Origin: an uncultured Gemmatimonadota bacterium
GTDB taxonomy: Bacteria > Gemmatimonadota > Gemmatimonadetes > Palauibacterales > Palauibacteraceae
DNA length: 64,000 bases
Assembly: GCA_964509895.1 (NCBI GenBank)
Contig: CAZDZJ010000006.1
Location: forward strand, 2,523 to 66,522
Direction of reading: 5' to 3'
The first letter of the stretch is position 1. Each line of letters begins with the position of its first letter. The notes below the pieces were generated by a model. The model made no database searches, had not been told where the DNA came from, and saw nothing but the letters and a program-made list of their open reading frames with translations. This document shows positions 45,364 through 54,389 of the stretch, one piece after another. Both the position numbers and the translations under genes were made by a program.

Positions 45364-48300
45364 ATGCGGAGCACCGCGCGACGCCCGCCCCCGCGCGCCG
45401 GATGCGTGCCGGCCGTCTTCGTGCCCGTGGTCCTCGCGCTGGCCGGCTGCGGGACGCCGGAGCCCGGGCCCTGGTTCGAGGAGGATGGATACCGGTGGCG
45501 GGAGTTGCGGCCGCGGGGCTCCGGCGGCTTCCGTCCGCTCGACGCGCCGCGGCGCGGCGTGACCTTCCGCTACGAGGTCGACGAGGAGACGCGCCTCGGC
45601 AACCGCGTGCTCGCCGAAGGGCAGGGCGTGGCGCTCGGGGACGTCGACGGAGACGGGCTCGCCGACCTCTTCTTCGCCGGCTTCGGGGGGGCGAGCGCAC
45701 TCTACCGCAACCTCGGCGGCTGGCGCTTCGAGGAGATCACGCCCCCCGCGCTTGCGCTCGACGGAGTGCTCGCGAGAGGCGCCGCCCTCGCGGATCTCGA
45801 TGGAGACGACGACCTCGACCTCGTCGTGACGGTTCACGGGAGTCGGAACCGCGTCTTCCTCGGCGACGGCGCCGGCGGTTTCACCGAGCTCGAAGACGCG
45901 GGGTTCGCCGGCGACTGGGGCAGCACGACCCCCGCGCTGGCCGATACCGACGGCGACGGCGACCTCGACCTCTACATCGCCAACTACAAGACGCGTCAGG
46001 TGGACGACCTCTACCCGCCGGACGTTCTCGACATCAACCACCTCCAGCGCGGCGAGGATGGCGACCTCGTCATCCCTGCCGAGCTGAAGGAACTCTACGA
46101 CGAGCACTACCGCGTGGAGTTCGACGGCCGCTTCGTGCGCCGCTTCGAGCTTGGCGAGCCGGACGAGTTCTATCTCGGGTCGGGGGACGGGCGCTTCGCG
46201 CCGGCGGGCACCGGGGCGCCTCTCACCCGTTCCCGCGGGAACGTCGCCATGCCGGCGCGGGACTGGGGCCTCGCGGCCCGTTTCAGCGACTGGGACGAGG
46301 ACGGCGATCCGGACCTTTACGTCGCGAACGACTTCAACAGCGAGGACGGGATCTGGATCAACGCCGGCGACGGGACGTTCGCGCCGGCGTCGGTCGAGGC
46401 CGTGCGCACGACGAGCCTCTCCTCGATGGCCGTGGATGCCGGGGATCTCGACGGTGACGGAGACCTCGATCTCCTGACGACCGACATGCTGGCGCGGGAC
46501 CGGGCAGGGCGCCTCGCCCAGACGGCGAGCTACGAGGCCGCGCCGGAGCCGCCGGGGGTCACGGACACCAGGGTTCAGGTGAACCGGAACGCGGTCCAGC
46601 TCAACCGCGGCGACGGGACCTTCGCCGAGGCGGCGTGGGAACTCGGGCTCGCCGCCTCCGACTGGACGTGGGGCGCCCTCATCATCGACGCGGACCTGGA
46701 CGGCTGGAACGACATCCTCGTCACGACCGGTCACGCGTGGGATCAGCTGGACGGCGATGCCAATGCCCGCATCGCGGCGATCCCCGGGCTCCCCGCGGAT
46801 CAGGCGCTTCGCATGTTCCCGCCGCTCCCGCAGCCCAACGCCGCCTTCCGCGGCGGGGAGGACGGCTTCTCCGACGTCAGCGAGAGCTGGCGCTGGGGCG
46901 TCGAGGCGGACATCTCGCACGGCCTCGCGACGGGCGACCTCGACCGGGACGGGGACCTCGATGTCATCGCGACCCGCCTCGGGGCGCCGCCCCTGCTGTA
47001 CCGGAACGACGCCGCGGCGCCCCGCATCCTGGTTCGCCTGCGGGGCCCCGCCCCGAACACCCGCGGGATCGGCGCCCGGATCCGCCTCGAGCGCCCCACG
47101 GTGCCCGATGACGCTGCCCCCCCGGACGCGTCGTCTCCCCAGATTCGCGAGATCACGGCGGGCGGCGCCTATCTCTCCTCCTCCGAAGCCGTCGCCAGCT
47201 TCGCCGCGGTCGCGGACGGGGAGATGACGCTCACCATCGACTGGCCCGACGGCCGCCGAACGCGCATCGCGCGCATCGTCGCGAACCGCGAGTACGTCAT
47301 CGACGCCGCCGGCGCCGTCCCGGTCCCGGCGGTCACGCCCGAGACCCCGCCGGCCCATTTCGTCGACATCTCGGAGCGGCTCGGGCACCGGCACGCGGAA
47401 GCGCCCTTCGAGGACCGGTTGCGGCAGCCGCTCCTGCCCCATGCTCTCGACCGCCCCGGCCCCGGCGTGTCGTGGATCGACGTGGAGGACGACGGCGATC
47501 CGGATCTCGTGGTCGGGAGCGGCCGGGGGGGCAGCCCGGTCCTGATGCGGAACGAGGGCGACGGTTTCGCCGCCCCGCGGGCCCTGGTGCCCGCGCTGGC
47601 GGGCGACGCGACCGCCGTTCTGCCGCATCGCACGGCCGACGGCCGCGCCGCGCTGCTCATCGGCATGAGCGCGTACGAGGCGGGCACGCCCGCGGAAGCC
47701 GCGGCCGTTCCCGCCGTCATCGCGGCGCCGCTCGGCGCCCCCGCGCCGGCGCCCCCGCTCATCGACGCCCCCGGCGCCCTGCCCGGGCAGCCTCCCGCAG
47801 CGACCGGCCCCCTCGCCCAGGCCGACCTCGATGGCGACGGCGATCTCGACCTCTTCGTGGGCGGGCGCGTCGTTCCCGCCGCGTACCCCGTCGCCGCCGA
47901 CTCCCGTCTGCTGATCCACGACGGCGGCGCCCTGCGATACGACGCGGAAGGATCCCGCCCCTTCGCGCGCCTGGGACTCGTCTCCGCCGCCCTGTTCACG
48001 GACTACGATGTCGATGGCGACCCCGACCTCGCGCTCGCCCTGGAGTGGGGAAGCGTGCGCCTCTTCCGCAACGATGAGGGCCGCTTCACCGACGTGAGCG
48101 AAGCGGTCGGGCTCACGCGTCTCACGGGCCGCTGGAACGGCCTCGCCGCCGCGGATTTCGATGAGGATGGACGGCCAGACCTGGTCGCGACCGGCTGGGG
48201 TGCGAACCTCGACGTGCCGTCCGCCTACTCGCTCATCTACGGCGACATGAATCGAGACGGCATCGTCGACCTCATCGAGGCCCGATGGGAAGCCGGCGCG

Positions 48301-49143
48301 TGGCGCCCCCTTCGCGGCCGTGACGCGCTCGCGGTGCCCGGCGGCCTCCCGGCGCTCGTCCGCGTGACGTACGAGCAGTTCGCGAACGCCCCGCTCACCG
48401 ACCTCATCGGGGGCCTGGACCCCGAGCGCCGCGTCGACGCGAACGAACTGCGCCACACCGTGTGGCTCAATCGCCCTTCCGGCTTCGAGAGCATGCCGCT
48501 GCCCGAGGCGGCGCAGCGCGCCCCCGCGTTCGGCGTCGCCACCGGCGACCTCGACGGCGACGGCCACGAGGATGTCGTCCTCGCGCACAACTTCTATGCC
48601 GGCCGTCCGGGAGTGCCGCGCTACGACGCCGGGCGCGGCCTGTGGCTGAGGGGAGATGGCGAAGGAGGGTTCGAGCCCGTTTCGGGCTCCCGCTCCGGCA
48701 TCGCCGTCTACGGGGACGCCCGCGCGGTTGCGCTCGCGGACCACGACCTGGACGGCCGCGTGGATGTGGCGTTCGGCGTCAACGGCGGCGCCACCCGGCT
48801 CTACCGCAACGTCGGCGCGGCCCCCGGCCTCCGGGTCACGCTGGAAGGACCGCCCGCGAATCCGCGAGCGGTCGGCGCCCGCCTCCGCCTGGAATACGCG
48901 GACGGCAGCTTCGGCCCGGCGCGGGAGGTCCGGTCAGGGGAGGGCTACCTTGCCCGCCACGAGTCGACCCAGACCCTTGCCCTGGCCGTCGCGACCCGGG
49001 TGCCCGGCGACCCCGCCCCGCGCCCGGCGACGCTGCACGTCTCCTGGCCCGATGGCGGGGAGACGGCCGTTTCCGTCGAACCCGGAACCCCGGCGGTGCG
49101 CGTCGTTTCCGGCGCGTCTAGCGGACGCCGACCCCGATCGTGA
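45364..49143 (+). CDS. CRTAC1-family lipoprotein: FG-GAP/VCBS repeats with ASPIC/UnbV domains
   Basis: Lipobox VVLALAGC. Many D.DGDGD.DL...N repeats with LYRN.G.G.F... (FG-GAP/VCBS). Two UnbV/ASPIC-like blocks are present (GARIRLE...REITAGGAYLSSSE and GARLRLEY...REVRSGEGYLA). Confidence 0.88.
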   Translation: MRSTARRPPPRAGCVPAVFVPVVLALAGCGTPEPGPWFEEDGYRWRELRPRGSGGFRPLDAPRRGVTFRYEVDEETRLGNRVLAEGQGVALGDVDGDGLADLFFAGFGGASALYRNLGGWRFEEITPPALALDGVLARGAALADLDGDDDLDLVVTVHGSRNRVFLGDGAGGFTELEDAGFAGDWGSTTPALADTDGDGDLDLYIANYKTRQVDDLYPPDVLDINHLQRGEDGDLVIPAELKELYDEHYRVEFDGRFVRRFELGEPDEFYLGSGDGRFAPAGTGAPLTRSRGNVAMPARDWGLAARFSDWDEDGDPDLYVANDFNSEDGIWINAGDGTFAPASVEAVRTTSLSSMAVDAGDLDGDGDLDLLTTDMLARDRAGRLAQTASYEAAPEPPGVTDTRVQVNRNAVQLNRGDGTFAEAAWELGLAASDWTWGALIIDADLDGWNDILVTTGHAWDQLDGDANARIAAIPGLPADQALRMFPPLPQPNAAFRGGEDGFSDVSESWRWGVEADISHGLATGDLDRDGDLDVIATRLGAPPLLYRNDAAAPRILVRLRGPAPNTRGIGARIRLERPTVPDDAAPPDASSPQIREITAGGAYLSSSEAVASFAAVADGEMTLTIDWPDGRRTRIARIVANREYVIDAAGAVPVPAVTPETPPAHFVDISERLGHRHAEAPFEDRLRQPLLPHALDRPGPGVSWIDVEDDGDPDLVVGSGRGGSPVLMRNEGDGFAAPRALVPALAGDATAVLPHRTADGRAALLIGMSAYEAGTPAEAAAVPAVIAAPLGAPAPAPPLIDAPGALPGQPPAATGPLAQADLDGDGDLDLFVGGRVVPAAYPVAADSRLLIHDGGALRYDAEGSRPFARLGLVSAALFTDYDVDGDPDLALALEWGSVRLFRNDEGRFTDVSEAVGLTRLTGRWNGLAAADFDEDGRPDLVATGWGANLDVPSAYSLIYGDMNRDGIVDLIEARWEAGAWRPLRGRDALAVPGGLPALVRVTYEQFANAPLTDLIGGLDPERRVDANELRHTVWLNRPSGFESMPLPEAAQRAPAFGVATGDLDGDGHEDVVLAHNFYAGRPGVPRYDAGRGLWLRGDGEGGFEPVSGSRSGIAVYGDARAVALADHDLDGRVDVAFGVNGGATRLYRNVGAAPGLRVTLEGPPANPRAVGARLRLEYADGSFGPAREVRSGEGYLARHESTQTLALAVATRVPGDPAPRPATLHVSWPDGGETAVSVEPGTPAVRVVSGASSGRRPRS

Positions 49144-49771
49144 TGCCGATGTCGTTCTGCAGCTTCGAGGCGTCCGTCGCGGCGGAGATGTAGTAGGAGG
49201 CCATGTCGCGCAATTCCCCGCGGATCCAGAGCGACGATATCAGGTGAACCCGAACGCCGACGGCCGCCGTGGCCATCGGATCCGTGGCGCTCAGTTTCGG
49301 CACTTCGCCGCCGTAGAAGTTCAATCGCCGGAGCCCCGCGCCCATCGAGAAGTAGGGTTCGAGCACCCCCGCCGATCCCGAAGACCGCAGGCGGAAGGTC
49401 AGGTTCACCGTGCCCGCCATGTACTCCGTCTCGCCGAGCGTTCCCGGACCCCGCCCGAAGCCACCGGCGACGGCTTCCAGCGTCGCTGGCGAATAGAGCC
49501 CCATGACGCCGATTCCGACCGACCTCGAGGCCCAATAGGTCGCTTCGCCTCCCATCATCAGGTCCGGCGGCATCACGATCCCGTAGGTGCCGGTATTGTC
49601 CGTCAGGTTGTTGAGGGGCTGGACCACGCCGGCGACCGCAAACAGTTCCGGGCCGGTATCCTCGCCGAAGGGTGGGGAGGCGAGCATCTGGGCCGCCAGC
49701 TTCGGCGCGCCGATGGAGAGCCCGCCTAGCGAGAGCACGAGAAAGAGAAGAACGCCGGACAGGCGTTTCAT
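49118..49771 (-). CDS. Outer-membrane beta-barrel protein (OmpW/OmpA-like porin family)
   Basis: Signal peptide MKRLSGVLLFLVLSLGGLSIGAP..AAQ. Alternating hydrophobic beta-strand pattern with Gly/aromatic residues through to the C-terminus. The start overlaps the upstream stop (ATGA). Confidence 0.65.
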   Translation of the reverse strand: MKRLSGVLLFLVLSLGGLSIGAPKLAAQMLASPPFGEDTGPELFAVAGVVQPLNNLTDNTGTYGIVMPPDLMMGGEATYWASRSVGIGVMGLYSPATLEAVAGGFGRGPGTLGETEYMAGTVNLTFRLRSSGSAGVLEPYFSMGAGLRRLNFYGGEVPKLSATDPMATAAVGVRVHLISSLWIRGELRDMASYYISAATDASKLQNDIGITIGVGVR

Positions 49772-52677
49772 TTGGTCCTCACGATCGAGATTAGCGGTTC
49801 CGCGGTTTCGCTCGTCGGGGTCCCTCCCGCGGTTACCAGCGACAGCGAAAGGCCGGGGGCGCCGGGAGCCGAGACAAGCGCGAAGTACTGAACGTTCGAC
49901 GGCCCTACGTCCAGGTTCATAACCCGGGTTTCAACCCCGAGCATCTCGGTCTGCAGCACCATCGCGGCCGGAAGACCCGACTGGGCGTCCGCATCCTGAT
50001 TCAAGGATCGGAACACGTCGGCCACATCCCACGTTGCCGCGGCGCGCGGCGGGCCCGCCGCCGGCTGCGCCTGGGGCGCCCCGGGGCCCCCGCCGGCGGG
50101 GGTTTCGGCATCCCCCTCCGCCATCCCGGCCCCCAACGCCAGCGAAACCGACACGTCCGCCAGAATACTCGCCCACTCCCGTCCGGTAACGCGCTCGAGG
50201 TTCGCAATCCCGCGCGCGTGGCTCTGCCCGCCACCGACGACGGACCGGAAGAAGGCTCGCTCGTCCCCGCCCGCCTGATCCGCGAGCCGTCGCAGGAGGA
50301 ACCAGCCGAAGCCGCGCATCTGCAACCCGCCGATGCCATCCGGATCGTCCGTCGAAATCGTCGGAGCCCCGGTGGGTCCGAGCATGTACAGGCCCAGGTT
50401 GCGGAAGTTGCCCCGCATGTAGGCGTCGAAGACGTCGAGTACCTCCGGCGTTTCGGAAACGCGGTCGAAGGTGAGCCGGTCACCCGTGGGCAGCCCGAGC
50501 GCGGCGAGCCCCGCGACCTCTTCGGCCAGGCTGGAGAGCGCTTCGTCCAGCCAGGCTTCCTCGGCCGCGCCGAACCCCGCCGGCGAAGCGGGCACACGGC
50601 GTCCGGCGCTGATGATGTGCTGGACTTCGTGCGCCACGAGCGCGGGTGTCTCGCGGAGCAGGTCTTCCGTGGAGACAGGGCGGCCGAGCGCCCCGTCCGG
50701 GTCCGCGCTCCGGCTGTAGACGATCTCCGCCTCGTTGCTCGCCGGGCACGTCTCGCCGGCCGGGTCGGACAGCTCTCCGTTGCCCCGTCCCGAAGCGGCG
50801 AGGTCCTGGGGATGCGAGAAGCCGCCGATCCCTGCCTCGCCGTCGCCGAGCCGGTTCACGGCCGGAGTGAGGAGGACGATGACGCGTCCGTTGCGGTCGA
50901 TGTCCGCAGGAGCACCGAAGTAGGAGGTCACCGTCGGCAGGACCGTCCCGTCCAGTTCCTCGGCGAGCGCGACCCACTCGTCCTCCGTTGGGCCTCCGGG
51001 CGGCGCGGCAAGATCCTCCACCAGGACCACGCGGTCCCCCACGGCCCGCACCGCTCCCCGCACCGCGTTGGAGGGGTCGGCGCAGCTGGCCAGCATCTCG
51101 GGTCCGACGGCGAACCAGTACTCCAGCGTATCGCCGATCGCCGGCACCGAGATCGCCGCGGATGCGTCGGGCCGAAGGGGCGAGACGCGGGTTTGCTCCA
51201 GTCGGTCGAACGTGCGTTCGCGAATCCCGACCGCCCGGCGCGTGCCCGCCAGTGCGGCCTCCGCGATGCGGGGCTCGATCCCTCTCCGGCCCACTGCCGT
51301 CGACCGACCCTCGCCCGACATGTCGGCCGGCGTCCGCATCGTGAGCCGAAGGGGGAGTCTCCGCGAACCGCCGCGTCCGGTGTTTCCGACCACGATCCGA
51401 TACTCCCGCGCCAGCTCCCCGGCCTCCTCCGCCGCGCCAGGCGCTCCCGCCGGTTCGCCTTCGGCGGGCGCCCCGGGCGGGAACTGCACGCATTCGACCT
51501 CGACCGGCCCGCGCAACGTGAGCGCTTCGCCGACGTCCAGGTCGACCCGGAGGTTCGCGGGCTCGATCGGCACCAGGAGACCGTTGCTCGCGTCCGAGCC
51601 CACGAGGACCCGCACGCCGACATCGCGCTCCGGCAGGCAGGTGCGCGCGAACGGCGGCACCTCGACCGTGAGCTCCGTCCCCGTGGAACTGACGACCGTC
51701 CCCGCCGTGCCTTCGATCCAGACCTGGTTGTCGGCCGGCACCGGTGCGAAGCCGCGGCCGTGGAGAAGCGCCCGGGAGCCCGCGGCGAGTCTCCCGCGCC
51801 CGACCGAATCCAGCCGTACGGCACCGCCGGACGATGCGAGAGCCGTGGCCGTGAACGAGAGCGTGTCGGAGTACACGCCGTCCGTGGCGACGGCGCGGAT
51901 CAGGTAGTCCCCGGCCCGCGAGCCCAGCGTGAACACAACCCGGCCCTGTCCGTCCGCGTCCGTCATCACGATGTCCCGCGTGAGGGCTCCGCTCTCGGAG
52001 TTCTCCTCCGGTTCCCGCGGGGCCTCCGCCACGGACGCCGTGTCCGGCGCCGCCGGCGCCTCCACCACCGCCGCTTCGTCCGCCGTGTCGCTCGGCGTTT
52101 CGCCCGGTGTCTCGCCGAGTACGGTCTCCGGATCTCCCTCCGGCGCCGTCCAGTCGAAGGCGATGCGGACGCCCCCTGCGGGCGCGCCGCTCGTCGTTTC
52201 CGCCCGGATCGAGAAGGGGAGGGGGAGCTGGCTTCCCGCCTCCGCCTGCTGGCCGTCTCCGTCGACGATGCTGAGGCGCACGGTGTCCGCCGCCGAGGCA
52301 AGAATGACGAAGCGGAGAGGCGCGACGTTGTCCGCGCTGGGGATATCCGCCTGGATCTCCGCCTCACCGGGCGTGGCCCCCGCGCGATAGACCGATTCCG
52401 CCACGCCGTCCCGCCCCGCGACGGCGACGCCCGGAGAAAGCTCTCCGTCGCCCCGGAGGATGACGAAGCGAACCGGCGCGCCTTCGACCGCGTTCCCGAG
52501 CGCGTCCTCGACGCGGACCGCGATCGGAGGATCGGTGGCCTCGCCCGTCACGACCGTGTCGACCGTGGAGGAAATGGCGACGAGGGCCGTTGGCGGAGAG
52601 CTGACTTCGGTGCTCCCCGCGTCCCCGCACGCGGCCGCGAGAATCCCGGCCAGCGCCGCCAGCGCGCTGCGCCTCAC
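49768..52677 (-). CDS. Lipoprotein with bacterial Ig-like (Big_1/IPT-TIG type) domains and a C-terminal HEXXH...E zinc-metallopeptidase-like domain
   Basis: GTG at 52677 overlaps the upstream stop (GTGA). Lipobox LAGILAAAC. Two Big_1-like units (..IAVRVEDALGNAVEGAPVRF...DGVAESVY.. and ..SIRAETTSGAPAGGVRIAF..TDADGQGRVVF..) and an IPT-like unit are visible. HEVQH is encoded at 50617-50631, followed by EEAWLDEALS (candidate third ligand). Assignment to an M30/hyicolysin-like family is my inference. Confidence 0.72.
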   Translation of the reverse strand: MRRSALAALAGILAAACGDAGSTEVSSPPTALVAISSTVDTVVTGEATDPPIAVRVEDALGNAVEGAPVRFVILRGDGELSPGVAVAGRDGVAESVYRAGATPGEAEIQADIPSADNVAPLRFVILASAADTVRLSIVDGDGQQAEAGSQLPLPFSIRAETTSGAPAGGVRIAFDWTAPEGDPETVLGETPGETPSDTADEAAVVEAPAAPDTASVAEAPREPEENSESGALTRDIVMTDADGQGRVVFTLGSRAGDYLIRAVATDGVYSDTLSFTATALASSGGAVRLDSVGRGRLAAGSRALLHGRGFAPVPADNQVWIEGTAGTVVSSTGTELTVEVPPFARTCLPERDVGVRVLVGSDASNGLLVPIEPANLRVDLDVGEALTLRGPVEVECVQFPPGAPAEGEPAGAPGAAEEAGELAREYRIVVGNTGRGGSRRLPLRLTMRTPADMSGEGRSTAVGRRGIEPRIAEAALAGTRRAVGIRERTFDRLEQTRVSPLRPDASAAISVPAIGDTLEYWFAVGPEMLASCADPSNAVRGAVRAVGDRVVLVEDLAAPPGGPTEDEWVALAEELDGTVLPTVTSYFGAPADIDRNGRVIVLLTPAVNRLGDGEAGIGGFSHPQDLAASGRGNGELSDPAGETCPASNEAEIVYSRSADPDGALGRPVSTEDLLRETPALVAHEVQHIISAGRRVPASPAGFGAAEEAWLDEALSSLAEEVAGLAALGLPTGDRLTFDRVSETPEVLDVFDAYMRGNFRNLGLYMLGPTGAPTISTDDPDGIGGLQMRGFGWFLLRRLADQAGGDERAFFRSVVGGGQSHARGIANLERVTGREWASILADVSVSLALGAGMAEGDAETPAGGGPGAPQAQPAAGPPRAAATWDVADVFRSLNQDADAQSGLPAAMVLQTEMLGVETRVMNLDVGPSNVQYFALVSAPGAPGLSLSLVTAGGTPTSETAEPLISIVRTK

Positions 52678-53807
52678 CTCGACTCCACCTTCCAGAAGGC
52701 GATGCCGCCCGCCTGCTTGCCGACATCCACGCTGGCCGCCCGCACGCCGGCCCGCAGGTCGATCACGTCGACCGTGCCCGGCTCCCCGCCCACGCCCTCC
52801 ACGCTCACGAAGGCATATCGGGAATCCGGCGAGATCGCGATCCCGTGCGGCAGCGTCCGCGTGTTCGGGACCCGGGCCGCTTCCCTGCCCGTGGCCAGAT
52901 CCCAGACGCCCGTGGCCTGCCCGCCCTTGTAGGTCACGACGAGGTAGGCGCCGTCCGGAGAAACATCGAGATTGTAGGGACCTTCGCCCGTCTCGAATCG
53001 CCGCGTCACCCGCCATGACGCCACATCGATCTCCAGCACCTCCGCGTTCCGGTTGCACGCGACGTACACGTGGCGTCCGTCCACGGCCGGGTGCGCCCAC
53101 GTCGGGCTGCACCCGGGCGCCCCCACGGGCCGCGTCGGGAGCCAATCGTACGGCCACGCCTGCTCCTCGCCCGGGGAGAGAAGAAAGCGCTGCGTGACCT
53201 CGAGCCTGTGCGCGTCGACCTCCACGAGCAGTTCATCCATCATGCAAACGGAGTAATGCCGCGACCCGTCGGCCGTGAGCCGGGAGCCGTGCGGCATCGT
53301 GCAGGTCGGAATCTGCGCGACCTCGATCATCGCCCCGACGTCGACGACGGACACCGAACTCGGCTCGTGTTCGCCGTGCAGGTTGAAGTTCGCCGCGAAG
53401 AGCAGGCCCGCCGGCGTCACCTGCATGGTGGCGGGGAAGAGTCCCAGTTCGGCGCTCCCCGCCGGGCGATTCGTTGCCGTGGAGTAGGCGACGACCGTGC
53501 CGAAGGGATTCCCGTGGGCGAGCGTCACGTACCACCGTTCCCCGCTCGGATCGACCGCCAGGCCGTGTGGCCCGTCGATTTCCGTCGGGAAGCGGCCCAC
53601 CGGGATGGAATCCACCACCGACGCACCGGCGCCATTGAACCGGACGAGATCGACACGATCCTCCGATTCCGCCGCCACGTAGACGTAATACGACAACGGG
53701 CCGCCGGGGCTTGATTCCTGGGCGGCCGCGGCCGGAACCGCCCCGGCCGTGCTTCCCAGCGCCCACAGGGCCATCGCCATGCGGGGTATGGCAGACTCGT
53801 TCAGCAT
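52674..53807 (-). CDS. YVTN-family beta-propeller repeat protein (secreted)
   Basis: Signal peptide. Repeated ..GP.GLAV.P.G...YV.. , ..PHG...T.DG...Y.. , GPYNLDVSPDGAYLVV and LPHGIAISPDSRYAFV units are typical of YncE/YVTN 7-bladed propellers. Confidence 0.8.
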   Translation of the reverse strand: MLNESAIPRMAMALWALGSTAGAVPAAAAQESSPGGPLSYYVYVAAESEDRVDLVRFNGAGASVVDSIPVGRFPTEIDGPHGLAVDPSGERWYVTLAHGNPFGTVVAYSTATNRPAGSAELGLFPATMQVTPAGLLFAANFNLHGEHEPSSVSVVDVGAMIEVAQIPTCTMPHGSRLTADGSRHYSVCMMDELLVEVDAHRLEVTQRFLLSPGEEQAWPYDWLPTRPVGAPGCSPTWAHPAVDGRHVYVACNRNAEVLEIDVASWRVTRRFETGEGPYNLDVSPDGAYLVVTYKGGQATGVWDLATGREAARVPNTRTLPHGIAISPDSRYAFVSVEGVGGEPGTVDVIDLRAGVRAASVDVGKQAGGIAFWKVESR

Positions 53808-53940
53808 ACGATTTACGCGCGTTCGCGACTCCTTCTCCCCGAAGCCTCCGTGCCCGGAAACCGCTTCCGGCGGACACTTCCCCTCCTACCCTTAGAGTAG
53901 ACAATTCCTCAAGGGGTTGCCAATCGGTTAGGTTGTCCGC

Positions 53941-54336
53941 GGCGGAGGGAGAAGAGGTCGCGGACGGGTGCACGTCACGCCGTTCGAGGAAAGTCCGGGC
54001 TCCAAAGGGCACGGCGCCGGGTAACGCCCGGGCGTCGCGAGGCGACGGAAAGTGCCACAGAGAGCAGACCGCCGATGGCAGCCTGCGACCCGCGAGGGTC
54101 CGGGCGCACAGGCAAGGGTGAAAGGGTGGGGTAAGAGCCCACCGCGTCTCCTGGTGACAGGGACGGCACGGCAAACCCCGCCGGGAGCAAGGCCAAGCAG
54201 GAACGAGCGGCGGCCCGTCGCGTTCGAGTTCCGGGTAGGCCGCACGAGGCCGCGGGAGACCGCCGGTCCCAGACAGATGACCTCGCCGCGGGCCTGGCCC
54301 GCCGGTAACAGAACCCGGCTTATCTCCCTCCGCCTC
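53941..54336 (+). ncRNA. rnpB: RNase P RNA, bacterial type A
   Basis: Universal blocks GAGGAAAGTCCGGGCTCC, CAGAGAGCAGACCGCCGATGG, AGGGTGAAAGGGTGGGGTAAGAGCCCACC, GGAGCAAGGCCAAG and ACAGAACCCGGCTTAT. P1 helix: 53941-53952 (GGCGGAGGGAGA) pairs with 54323-54334 (TCTCCCTCCGCC). Confidence 0.95.
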
Positions 54337-54340
54337 CACT

Positions 54341-54364
54341 CACGGCAGCGGTCACGGCAGCGGT
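54341..54364. repeat. 2 x 12-bp perfect tandem repeat (plus a degenerate third unit to 54374)
   Basis: cacggcagcggt cacggcagcggt aacggcacgg lies immediately 3' of rnpB and upstream of the M16 peptidase gene. Confidence 0.9.
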
Positions 54365-54389
54365 AACGGCACGGAAGGGAGAGGACTCC

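Noticed and set aside
53808-53940. A promoter for rnpB, with TTGCCA at 53917 and TAGGTT at 53929.
   Set aside because: The two hexamers are too close to each other to form one promoter. No convincing -35 element sits at the right spacing for the TAGGTT box, so I did not call it.
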